Assembly (NCBI GenBank): GCA_002269645.1
Contig: NIVC01001773.1
Coordinates: 1 to 26,945, forward strand
Origin: Macrostomum lignano
Lineage: Eukaryota
Direction of reading: 5' to 3'
Length of the DNA stretch: 26,945 nucleotides
The notes under the pieces are model-generated. The model was not told the origin of the DNA. It made no database searches and saw nothing but the letters and a program-made list of their open reading frames with translations. Both the position numbers and the translations under genes were made by a program. Positions 9,587 through 19,262 of this stretch are shown piece by piece; positions within the stretch are counted from its first letter, which is position 1, and each line of letters opens with the position of its first letter.

Positions 9587-9867
9587 CTGTGGATAGTAAC
9601 AAATGTCTTTCAAAACTTTTCAAGCGGTATGATTTCTCTTTGAAATAAGACGCTTTTTTCTATTCGGTCCTGATTTTTCTATTACTAGGAGCTGAATCAA
9701 ATAAGTTGGATGCCAGGTGTGCGTGACAGCAAGACATGTTCGGTAGCGTGAAAAAACTAGCTTGTGAATCAATTGAACCAAGTTTCGTGGCTAACCTTCT
9801 GTAAAATCTTTTAAAAGCTGTCCAATAGTGTTCCTATAGAGTCAACAGCAATTGAGTCGTCGCTTAC

Positions 9868-10319
9868 TATGTATTAATAGTTGAAGTCACAGCAACTGCG
9901 TTGCCGTCAGAGTCCACAAGAGACACGTGAGTCGTGCCAGAGTCCTCTTTCCACTCGAACATTGGTCCATAGTAGTTGATATCGTGCGTGGCGTCGTCGG
10001 TGATGCGACTGCGAAGCTCCGACGCGTAGCTGCTGCTCGTCATGTTGGCCACCAGCTCGGTCACGTCCACGAATGCTGCGTCGCCCAGACCGGAGCGCTT
10101 CGCGTAAGCGAACTTGAACGACTCGACGAGACGGTGGAGAAAGTTGACGTAGCCGTCTTTCGTCGACCTCGCCTTTGCTGAATCTCCAGCGTAGCCGTCC
10201 ATGATGCTGAGGATGAGAGAAAGGACGGCTCCGCTACTCGGAGGAGGCAGCGAGTAGAGCGTCAGGCCCTTCGATGGCAAGGTCGCCGTGAGCGGCGTGA
10301 GTCGCCTAGTTTGGTACTT
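9868..10319 (-). CDS. GGT: GGT exon containing the autocleavage site
   Basis: Encodes PPPSSG, HRLVESFKFAYAKRSGLGD and EDSG|TTHVSLVDSDGNAVAVTSTIN (catalytic Thr). Splice phases fit the neighbouring exons (0 in, 2 out). Confidence 0.95.
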
Positions 10320-10492
10320 CTGAAATATGTGATAATGTAGGAATGATAGAGAATGGAAAAAAATAAACCAGTTTAGGTTGAAGATGGAAATTATTAACTT
10401 ATCATCGTTTGCTTTTGTACTGTATTGCAGAGGTCTCTATTGCCATATATTAGGTTAATTAAATTTTTAATACGCTCATGTTTAATTTTTAC

Positions 10493-10993
10493 CATAAGGT
10501 CATCCTTGGTAATGTTGCCTCCAGCCGCCCGCACCTCCTGCAGGATGTCATCAGCGAGGCTCCCGTTGTAGAATGATTGCGGATCGCTTGCAATCTTGTC
10601 CATTGTACTGGCCATTGCGTGGTCCACCAGCAACTCACCGGCACGGTACGGTTTATTGGTGTTAGGATTGACCATCCAGTTCTTCAGCACCTTAAATGGA
10701 GCCACATCCGGCACTCGCGGGTAAACTGTCGCGATGGCATCGGCCAGCGGGCGAGACACGCGCTGGCCCTCGCGAAGCACTCGCGAGACCGGCTCGACCA
10801 CGGAGCGCCACGGAAGGCGGCCGTGCGCCGCGTGAGCCGCTGCCAGACCGGCGACCTCGCCGGCACGCCGATCGCCAGACCGCCGTAGAGGGAAGCGTTC
10901 GACGGCAGGCCGGAGGTGCTGTTGTACATGTCGCGGTACGCGGCGGCAGGCGCCGATTCGCGGAAGTCAAACGCAGTGGCTGTCTTGGAGGTG
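10493..10993 (-). CDS. GGT: GGT exon with a 1-nt frameshift near 10860
   Basis: DFRESAPAAA...GGLAIGVP is in one frame and GEVAGLAAAHAAHGRLPWRSVVEP in another. The exon is 501 nt but needs 502 to join phase 2 to phase 0. Confidence 0.9.
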
Positions 10994-11160
10994 CTGTTTT
11001 AAGTTTGGCACGCGAGCTTGGCATGTCAGTTTTTTATTGTTCCTCTAAAACCCGCTGTATAACCCCTTAGTCTTATGCAGCAAGAGACAGGTTTGTAGAA
11101 ATATGTTTTAATAACCAGTTTAAATACATACTTCATTTTGGATTTATAAACAATATTCTG

Positions 11161-11460
11161 ATTTTTTTCATTACACCTGCCTCAATTGGTGCAGATGTGC
11201 AACCGACAGCTCAGCCGCAGCTATTGCTCGGCGCATCTGAAGGCTGCGTACGGCTGTTCAGTTCAAGGACTGGGGGGTCGCCACGCACACCCTCAATTAC
11301 CCCAGCTAATGCTGGCACCCATTTTACAGCTGGGTGAACTGAAGCAATGCAGAGTTAAGTGTCTTGCTCAAGGACACAAATTGTTCTTGTGGGATCAAAA
11401 ATCGAACCCTAGACCTTCAAGTCGTGAGTCCGACGCTCTAACCACTAGGCTACAACCCCC
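11161..11460 (-). mobile_element. tRNA-derived SINE with CORE (MIR-like) central domain, in a GGT intron
   Basis: Minus-strand head GGGGGTTGTAGCCTAGTGGTTAGAGCGTCGGACTCACGA...GGGTTCGATT has A and B boxes. It is followed by TGTGTCCTTGAGCAAGACACTTAAC...CAGCTGTAAAATGGG, which resembles the MIR core. A-rich end near 11161. Confidence 0.8.
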
Positions 11461-11673
11461 TTTGTAACCTGCCCTATAAATAACATACCCTACTATGATG
11501 CCGCCTTTGCGTCTGGAGTAAAACAAGACCCTAACCTTCTATATGCATGTTAGACTGCTAGACTGCATAACTGCTCATGCTAGAGTAGTGTTCATTAAGA
11601 AATGGAAACGACTTTACTTTCTACGAGTATAGGCCGTCACTGATTATGGTAAAACAAACAGAACTGCGCCTAC

Positions 11674-11902
11674 CGGTTGTAGTAAACTAGAAAGGAGCCT
11701 CCGCCGATTCCTGCGCTGTGGAAGTTGGAGACGCCGACGCACAGCACCGTGGCCACTCCGGCGTCCATGGCGTTTCCGCCGAGTACATTGAGCACGTGAT
11801 CTCCTATGGTGCTGCACACTGCGGAGTCTGACGAGACGGCATTGTACTGATAGATGTCAGTGCCGGAGTCGGAGACGCAGTTTCTTCGCCATTCGGGTGT
11901 TT
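11674..11902 (-). CDS. GGT: GGT exon (N-terminal conserved block)
   Basis: Translates AVSSDSAVCSTIGDHVLNVLGGNAMDAGVATVLCVGVSNFHSAGIGGGSFLVYY, with cag acceptor and gtagg donor. Confidence 0.95.
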
Positions 11903-12070
11903 CTGTGATCCACGTTACACGTGTTGGTTAACAGATAGGTGGACAGAAAGATATAGGAGTATTGTCAGTAGCAGAAACTACGTTCGTATGCAAGAGCAAC
12001 GTTTTTTAAGTACCGGTGGTATGCTCTCTAGGATTGTATTGATTGACAACTCAGACTAAGAGCATCTTAC

Positions 12071-12270
12071 CTGTCCCCTTGTCGCCGCCTCCACCGCTAT
12101 GGCTGCCGCTGCACCGAGCGAACAGCGCGGCGAAGACAATTACCAGCACAATCAGCGTTGCGAGGAAGACTGCGAGAAGGCCGAACAGGAGCCTGCTGTT
12201 GAGATTGGGATTGTGATTGTTGCTAGTAGTGGGATGACAAAAACAGGCGTACGAGTATTTTTGAAAGTTT
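12071..12270 (-). CDS. GGT: GGT exon encoding the type II signal-anchor helix (5' boundary uncertain)
   Basis: Encodes RLLFGLLAVFLATLIVLVIVFAALFARC then SGGGGDKGT. The cag|gtaag donor is in phase with the next exon. No in-frame ATG occurs before an upstream TGA. Confidence 0.8.
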
Positions 12271-12645
12271 CTTAGTTTATTGATAACAATTCACTCCTAC
12301 AACTCGTACAAGCAATGAATTTTTGCTATTCTATTTCTCTCCAGAGTATTTCGTCAAATGTTGTCTTGCAAAGCTAATGATCTAAACCATAGAGAAGCTA
12401 TTATTGTACGCTTGTATTTTCAAACCATTTCATGGGGGCGAAGCCTATTGGTCTAGCGCGCTCTTATACTCAGCCACATTGAAAAGTCGATACTCTATGC
12501 GCCAGTGAGCAATTTCTCTTGGACCAAGTTCTAGCTCGTAAAATATAAGATACAAGAAAATTGATCGGGGTAGCTTTAATCCGCCCAGCCCTCGTACACC
12601 GCTCCCCCCTTTATTCCTCAACTCCTCAACTCAAGTCTGCCGCTT

Positions 12646-12915
12646 GGCGTAGCTAAGTTGCGTCACTCGCAAAGATTGAGAGACTTTACTTGCACTGTCA
12701 AAAGTAGCGACCACAGACGGAATCTTCTATGATGGCGACTTTTCGATGTTGCTAAGTAAATGTTCCAGCGGCCCGGGCTCGATTTCAATTGCAGATGCAT
12801 TAATTTGGGGCTAAATTGGAATCTCAGCTTGGCTCTGCTCGTGCAATTAACTCCTAGCTTGAGGGCCAACCCCCAAGGCACAGTGAAGTGTACATTCCTG
12901 ACGATAAATAAAGTT
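12646..12915 (+). mobile_element. Family A SINE-like copy 2 with an insertion in the tRNA head
   Basis: GGCGTAGCTAAG at 12646; 12761-12915 aligns with ~680-834. Confidence 0.7.
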
Positions 12916-13601
12916 ATGCCTGTGCGAAGTTAAATTGAATAGACTGTTGCTATTAATTGTGATTTTAGTTTGAGTTTTTGACCTTTTGAGTTCGCGGCGT
13001 AGGTTGTGTAACTCATGGGGGTTAAATTTTGAATGAGAAGTTCTCTTTGACTATGTACAATATGCACGAGGTGGCATTTTTGCCTGTTTCTGAATGTAAA
13101 AAATGCACTGGAAGAGCCAATGCCAATATCAAAGTGGATAAAATTGTGAGACCAGTGTATTTTGGTTGATAAGTACGAGTGTACTTAGATTTATGATTCA
13201 TCTCACTGTGCAAAAACTATAATAGTTGTTACAGTTATCCCAATAATTAATTCTCACCTTTTCTGTGAATGCTGCATGCTTTGGCGAGGCAGGTAGCAAA
13301 ACCTTGTCGCTTTTCAGTCGGACTGTTTTGAGTGCGATAGCTATATGCTAAATCGAATTCATTATATCTTATTTATAATGCGATAAGAGAGCAAAAGTGG
13401 AGAGGAGGACAGACCAGTAGCTGCGCAAGAAGTAAAAATCTGTTGGTATGCAAAGCCCTTGCCGCCGATATGAGCAGCTGAAAGCTCACTAGCAATAGGA
13501 CTATTAGACATGACGTTGAGATATTTCTTAGAAAAGTTTAAACGAATTCAAGTATTTTGTCAATCATTGCTCTTTTCTGAACGAAGCGTCATCTGTAGAT
13601 T

Positions 13602-14118
13602 ATTTTTTCACCTGTCGAACTACTAAGATTGGTATCCCCCAGAAAATTTTTGGCTACGCCGAAACGGAGCAACCCAGGCACATGAACTTCAAGAACACAA
13701 GCACCTTCTCAAACAAGAATCAAGTGGCCAGTCCATCCGGATTGTCGAGTTATTCAACGATTCTACCAGAAGGTCTTGAAGAGAAGGAAGGTCAGAAGAA
13801 GGTATAGGACCCAGGCGACTATGGACACCCTGTTGGGAATTTCTCTGATGTCTCTGACCAAGCCTCGACAGTTGGCACGCCTAAACTGCTGGAAATCCAC
13901 AGTTGGTCTCTCAAGAATTCAGTCACGAACCAGACGCCGTTGGCACCTTCAGCAGGTGGTGCCGCGAGGACTGGAGGCGCAGTATTGATTGGCGCCTATA
14001 GGAAAAATCCGACCTTCTGGTAGAATTGTTGAATATCTCGACGGTCCGAAGGTGCGCAACAAAAAGTTGGCCCGTGTTCTTGAATCTCGTGTGCCTGGAT
14101 TGCTCTAATTGGTGAAGC
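13602..14118. mobile_element. Non-autonomous inverted-repeat (MITE/foldback-like) element, copy 1
   Basis: 13667-13775 is an imperfect reverse complement of ~14011-14105. The interior (ccaggcgac.atggacacc...cagacgccgt) matches 18561-18700. Confidence 0.7.
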
Positions 14119-14551
14119 GTCCGTGGTAACCTTCTATCACCAATGTACGGGTACTTGCACATGTCACGCTTTACGTCTGCTTTAAAGCACTCGGCGAAAT
14201 TTTTGCAGCTTAAACTCCTTTTTTCAGTCAGAAACTTTCCCAATTTACATTTGTTGCATTCTCGCAGCTAAAATAGCAAATTTGCTAAGGTAATTGCGAA
14301 TTGACATTCAATATGGAAATCTGCGTCGGATATGTAATAGTTGTTTTCTCTCTTTCTGAGCTGCATACAGTTCTGCTGGCATAGAATTTCGCCGAATTTC
14401 CGAATTTCGCCTACTGTTTCTACTTCAACCTGGCCTATTGGTTTCTCGGGTACACGCTTAAACTTCATTTACTTTCTCGTTTGAAAAATGAGGGCTTATG
14501 TTTATATATTTTATAATAAAATTATTAGAATAGTGTCACAATACGCAAGAG

Positions 14552-14557
14552 TTTATT
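14552..14557 (-). terminator. Candidate AATAAA poly(A) signal of the Cys-rich gene
   Basis: TTTATT on the plus strand, about 165 nt beyond the stop at 14721. Confidence 0.5.
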
Positions 14558-14720
14558 TTTTTAATGGAGAAAAAAACGAACAGATTCCTTTGCGTCTAAA
14601 GAAAAAAGTAGTCTTCTTCTACGAAAGCAAATCAATCAAAGCGCATCGATATCAAGGTTTGAAACTTTTCCATGACAGCCACGGAGGAGCATGTCACAGG
14701 TTGCTCGAACTCAGGAGCCA

Positions 14721-15275
14721 TCAGCCAATGCTATTAATAATGTTCATATTGACTGCATGACAGTTGTTGATAAAGCTGAACAGCAGCTGGTAGTGCTTAG
14801 GCGTGGGCTGTCTAATAAAGACCCAGAAACCGCAAATCTGCATACAGACGTATTGGATACCATTGATCTGTTTCGATTCAGTGAACAGAGTGCCTTCATC
14901 GCTGATGCAGTGGGTCTTCTGCACCTTGGCACTGTTTTCGCCTGACGCCGGCCAACACCTGTACTTATAGTTAGCGTCGCGCCATGTGTCCATAGCGGCG
15001 TGCCAAGTGCCATTGTGTTCGCACGAGTGTTTTACAAATAGGGCACCAGATCTTGTTCGGAGGCACTTGTACATCAGCATCCCGTTGGACCAGTACTCTC
15101 GGTCAATAGGCAGAACAGTGAATGCACCTTCGTCGTCCCTGTACCAGCAAGCTACACTTGTACTCCATTCGTACCGTCCTCTGCGTTCGTTGAAGTCGCA
15201 TCGCAGAACGCGGTTTTTTGCAGCGCTTGCGACAGAGCCGTTTCGTGACAATAGCTGCTCGGCGAAATGGTTGAG
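14721..15275 (-). CDS. Frameshifted C-terminal continuation of the Cys-rich repeat protein
   Basis: NGSVASAAKNRVLRCDFNERRGRYEWSTSVACW continues the repeat pattern of the upstream ORF (compare PGSVARMEDGSVWRCAFNRYRSEYGWFEAVGCW). Confidence 0.8.
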   Translation of the reverse strand, partial: LNHFAEQLLSRNGSVASAAKNRVLRCDFNERRGRYEWSTSVACWYRDDEGAFTVLPIDREYWSNGMLMYKCLRTRSGALFVKHSCEHNGTWHAAMDTWRDANYKYRCWPASGENSAKVQKTHCISDEGTLFTESKQINGIQYVCMQICGFWVFIRQPTPKHYQLLFSFINNCHAVNMNIINSIG

Positions 15276-17383
15276 TTAGTCCCGCTTGGTGCTTGCAGCC
15301 AGCAGCCGGCGTCAATTGTTGTCACTCCGCCACTGGAGGTCGAGACACACTGCTTAGTCAATCCTGTAGTCTCTTCTGTCCATACATCTCCCTCAATGTA
15401 AATGCGACGATTGGCTTGAGAGAAGCAGACAAGCATTTTGAGATTGGGTTCACTGTAGCGTCGATACTCGCAAATAGCCGCCGCAGTGCCAGAGTGATTG
15501 TAAACAGAGCTGAATTTTCTTATAACAATAGATTGATTCTGATGGTCGCTGAACCAGCAACCCACCGGTTTGACCCAAGAATAAGCCGCACCGCTTCCTT
15601 GCCTATCATTGTGTGCACACTCCCAGACAATTCCGTCCTCCGAATGTTTTCTGGTTCCAGGTGAAACAATACCCGTTTCCAGCGGACAGCCGAATACGAT
15701 CCACTTAGCGTCGACGCCATCGGAATAAGTTGCAGCCGGATCGCACTCTTGAATCGTAGAACCGATTTTGATTTTCTCTTTTGGAAATGCAATTTGAGAA
15801 CTGCTCCAGTTTAGCAATGATGCTTGGCTATCCTTAAAGCACACCTCGACAGTAAACTCCACGCGACGTGAGTATCTTTTCTTTCGGCAAGTTGCAACAG
15901 TCTGATTCCTCGTAAGCTGAAAAGCTTCTCCATTAGCTATTGTGATGCGTTGTCCACTAGAGTCATGCATCCAGCATCCCGCAAGTTCTTCAAAATTGTA
16001 CTCTCTCCGGTAGCTATTGTAGCTGCATTCATAAACAAGTAAATTTTTATCAAAATACAAAGCTCCAGGAGCCACATTGTCGTCACCAACCTTGGTATTA
16101 CATCCCCGGAGGATAGTTTCCGCCCCGACGCCGAACTTAGAGGACTGATCGGCCATCGGAATGCACGTCCGATTGAATCCACTGTCGTCAGTCCAGTTCT
16201 CGTACGGTAGTCTATATTTGGCGCCCTTGCCAACATTTTTAAAGCAGACCATCTCGAGGAGAGCGACTTCTTCGCGATAACGCCGTTTCTCACATTTTGC
16301 TATGCAAGTTCCATCACTGAGACAAATTTTATCTCCAACATCCATATTTCCACTGAAATTGATAAGGCTTTGAAACTGGGGGTCCTTCGGCCAGCATCCC
16401 ACAGCCTCAAACCATCCGTACTCTGACCTGTACCTATTAAAGGCGCATCGCCAAACACTTCCATCTTCCATTCTTGCCACAGACCCTGGGTTAAAATGAC
16501 TTCCATTATGATTGCAAGCTCGCAAAATGACTCGAGCGCTGAGCAGCTCCGATGGTTTGGCAGGCAGACACTCCCTCTGGATGCCGTCACTGTCAGTCCA
16601 ATTGCTGCCAGCAGAGCGAAATACAACACCAGTGGTGCCATTTTCGATGCACATGTAATGCACCAAAGCCTCTCCGCTGTATCTCTGTCGACAGGTAGCA
16701 AACTTTTCCCGAATACTTTGCAAGGATATGAAGTACTCGTCTCCGAAATTGAGCTGATCATACCTGCCTAGTTTTTTAGGATTTTCCAGCCAACAGCCAA
16801 TAGCCTCCAATAAATAACGAGGATTTTTTAGATTTCTACCATTGAATGTGCACTTGCTAATAAGACCATTCAGGCTTAGTTCAGTTGATTCTGGATCAAT
16901 CAATTCACCTGTTATCGATGAGTTGCAGCCATATAGAATTACTCGTGAACCTTCCTCAAAGTCTCTTGAGTTAGCCGATGAGGCATTGGTACAGGTGTAC
17001 TTGAAGCCATCACTGCCAGTCCACACTTCGCCGGGCCATCGAATAATGCCATTTTCATTGCTGGAGTCATTCGCAGCAACAAAGCAAGCAAGGTACACAA
17101 GAACTGTGTCGTACCTGCCTCTTCTGCACTGGGCAACGTCCCGACCGCTGGGGTGAATATACTTCTCTTTGAACTCCAATTCAATGGTATCATTAGTGTC
17201 TCTGTCCAGCGAACGCAGCCAACAAGCAGCGCCGAAGTGCCACTCGTTGGTGCCGGTGGTGTTTAGGCATCGATGCACCAAGCCTTTCGTATCGTCAAGA
17301 ATCTTCTCTGTCAGGTTGCAAGCGCTGCAGCCTGAGAAATGTAAAGTTGCTACTAGTAACACACTAAGTGTAACCTGGAGCAT
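15152..17383 (-). CDS. Secreted Cys-rich tandem-repeat glycoprotein (about 887 aa if joined to 14721-15275)
   Basis: ATG at 17383 and signal-peptide-like MLQVTLSVLLVATLHFSGCSA. About five ~135-aa repeats with ~6 Cys and conserved GCW, C..RRY and WT.SDG motifs, plus many N-x-S/T sequons. No introns are needed. Confidence 0.88.
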   Translation of the reverse strand: MLQVTLSVLLVATLHFSGCSACNLTEKILDDTKGLVHRCLNTTGTNEWHFGAACWLRSLDRDTNDTIELEFKEKYIHPSGRDVAQCRRGRYDTVLVYLACFVAANDSSNENGIIRWPGEVWTGSDGFKYTCTNASSANSRDFEEGSRVILYGCNSSITGELIDPESTELSLNGLISKCTFNGRNLKNPRYLLEAIGCWLENPKKLGRYDQLNFGDEYFISLQSIREKFATCRQRYSGEALVHYMCIENGTTGVVFRSAGSNWTDSDGIQRECLPAKPSELLSARVILRACNHNGSHFNPGSVARMEDGSVWRCAFNRYRSEYGWFEAVGCWPKDPQFQSLINFSGNMDVGDKICLSDGTCIAKCEKRRYREEVALLEMVCFKNVGKGAKYRLPYENWTDDSGFNRTCIPMADQSSKFGVGAETILRGCNTKVGDDNVAPGALYFDKNLLVYECSYNSYRREYNFEELAGCWMHDSSGQRITIANGEAFQLTRNQTVATCRKKRYSRRVEFTVEVCFKDSQASLLNWSSSQIAFPKEKIKIGSTIQECDPAATYSDGVDAKWIVFGCPLETGIVSPGTRKHSEDGIVWECAHNDRQGSGAAYSWVKPVGCWFSDHQNQSIVIRKFSSVYNHSGTAAAICEYRRYSEPNLKMLVCFSQANRRIYIEGDVWTEETTGLTKQCVSTSSGGVTTIDAGCWLQAPSGTNSTISPSSYCHETALSQALQKTAFCDATSTNAEDGTNGVQV

Positions 17384-17479
17384 TTCGCTTCAAAAATCGA
17401 CTGAACGTAAAGCTACGCTTGACAACAAAGTCGTTGTTTCAAACGAAAAATTGGATTGAACTGTAGCTGTTGTTTACCG

Positions 17480-17485
17480 TTTATA
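17480..17485 (-). promoter_or_regulatory. Candidate TATA box of the Cys-rich gene
   Basis: TATAAA on the minus strand about 97 bp upstream of the ATG. Confidence 0.4.
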
Positions 17486-17900
17486 TTTGCTGAGATTTTC
17501 CGGTCCAGTGCTTTGAATCATTTCCGTTGACTGCATGAAGCGTGGATAATTTTTATGATAGCATAAACCTACTTTGTTACTTAAATATAAATACATGTAA
17601 ACAATAGTCACATTCAAAGTTTAGTCGCAGATGCATTTGCAGGCAATAAAAAATGCGGGGCACGAAAAATTGCCTCGTCATCACACGCTTTTCACGAAGA
17701 CTAAATATGGAGGCTGTGTGTGGTTATTTGCTGGGCAATATTGGTTAATTGCAAGCAGCAGAACCTACTAGCTGGTGGTAAAAATTAATCAAGCAGCTAA
17801 AAGATGACTAGAATTTTAAGGTCATTCATAATCATAAGGGTTTTTTCCAACCTGTAATGTGAAATTTTGTGTATATTTTGGCTGCATAATAGTGCATTAA

Positions 17901-18816
17901 CAGTAAAACTACCAAGGGGAAATCCCCCCTGACAATGTTTTGCTGCTCCGGAACGGGGAAATCCCCCTGACAATGTTTTGCTGCTCCGGAACGGGGAAAT
18001 CCCCCTGACAATGTTTTGCTGCTCCGGAACGGGGAAATCCCCCCTGACAATGTTTTGCTGCTCCGGAACGGGGAAATCCCCCTGACAATGTTTTGCTGCT
18101 CCGGAACGGGGAAATCCCCCTGACAATGTTTTGCTGCTCCGGAACGGGGAAATCCCCCTGACAATGTTTTGCTGCTCCGGAACGGGGAAATCCCCCTGAC
18201 AATGTTTTGCTGCTCCGGAACGGGGAAATCCCCCTGACAATGTTTTGCTGCTCCGGAACGGAGCAACACGAAATTCAAGAACTAACTGGCAAACTTTTTG
18301 TTGCGCACCTTCTCAAACAAGAATCAATTTTCCAGCCCATCCGGACCGTCGAGATATTCAACAATTCTACCAGATGGTCGGATGTTCTCCAATAAGCGCT
18401 AGTGCAATTAATACACCCCTGTGTACCATTCAGCACTGCGCCTCAGTTCGGCCCTGCCAAGCCTATAAATTTGATCGACGACAAATGTTTGCATCAGCTC
18501 TGACATCGCTGGTCATTGACCTTCACGCAGGCTGAGCTTCTGGACCTTCAACAGGTGGCACCAGGCGACAATGGACACCTATTGCGAAATTCTCTGATGT
18601 CTCAACAGTGATCAAGCCTCAACAGTAAGCAAGCCTCGCTATGTATCCTCAATTAGTCTTTCAAGCATTTAGTTGTCATACAGACGCCGTCGCCTCCTTC
18701 AACGGTCGACAACGGTATCTTGAATTTCGTGTGCCTCCGGTGCTCTATTCCGGCGCAGCAAAAATGTCAGGCTATGGTAGTTCGATGGGTGGAAAAATGG
18801 CTTGGTATTTCTACTG
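17901..18816. mobile_element. Non-autonomous inverted-repeat element, copy 2, flanked by TTAA
   Basis: TTAA|CAGTAAAACTACCAAG ... CTTGGTATTTCTACTG|TTAA (14/16 inverted match). Subterminal inverted arms and interior are shared with 13602-14118. Confidence 0.7.
17916..18261. repeat. 38-bp minisatellite, 9 near-identical units
   Basis: Unit ggggaaatccccctgacaatgttttgctgctccggaac. gacaatg occurs at 17931, 17969, 18007, 18046, 18084, 18122, 18160, 18198 and 18236; the units differ only in C-run length. Confidence 0.98.
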
Positions 18817-19262
18817 TTAATACAATTATCAAGAGACATCAAGTACTTAAAAAACATATAAACAAAACGCAAGTGCTAAAGTACGAGTGCTTATTATGTA
18901 AAATTATGTACAAAGTAACTTGCTTTAATTCAAGTTGCACGATACAACCTGCACGATACTAAGGTAAGCAATGATTGCATTTGCATGCAAGGGCACCTTA
19001 CAAAGAAATATCGTGTAAAATGTTTCGATAATGAGAATTTAAATATGAATATCTCAACGATTAGTTTAATATTTTGCGGTTTCTAAGTCTGTATCCGCAT
19101 GTCAGTGAAAAGGAACAGCTGAAGCAGTTAGAGCTTATAGCTCTAGAGACATACTGCAGAGAAAAAGCATATACCTCGCTAATGTTTTCGATGCATATTT
19201 GCGTCCTCCTTAACGTAATTTTCAATAGTGGTCCTTGTTTGCATGTCAAACAAATGCCAAAG

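Noticed and set aside
12424-12485. Possible third tRNA-like SINE head (gggggcgaagcctattggtctagcgcg)
   Set aside because: Only a weak A-box likeness, with no convincing B box or second copy.
13022-13213. 63-aa ORF with a hydrophobic stretch as the missing GGT first exon
   Set aside because: It has no ATG start, no clear splice link to 12270 and an AT-rich composition.
15213-15219. Programmed -1 ribosomal frameshift at AAAAAAC in the Cys-rich gene
   Set aside because: The heptamer is phased A-AAA-AAC in the downstream frame, not the upstream one, so it cannot explain the required shift.
17916-18261. CRISPR array (38-bp repeats with an internal hairpin)
   Set aside because: The units are head-to-tail with no unique spacers, there are no cas genes, and the context is eukaryotic.
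17797-18278. Minus-strand ORFs of 97-148 aa
   Set aside because: They are translations of the 38-bp minisatellite cycling through frames.
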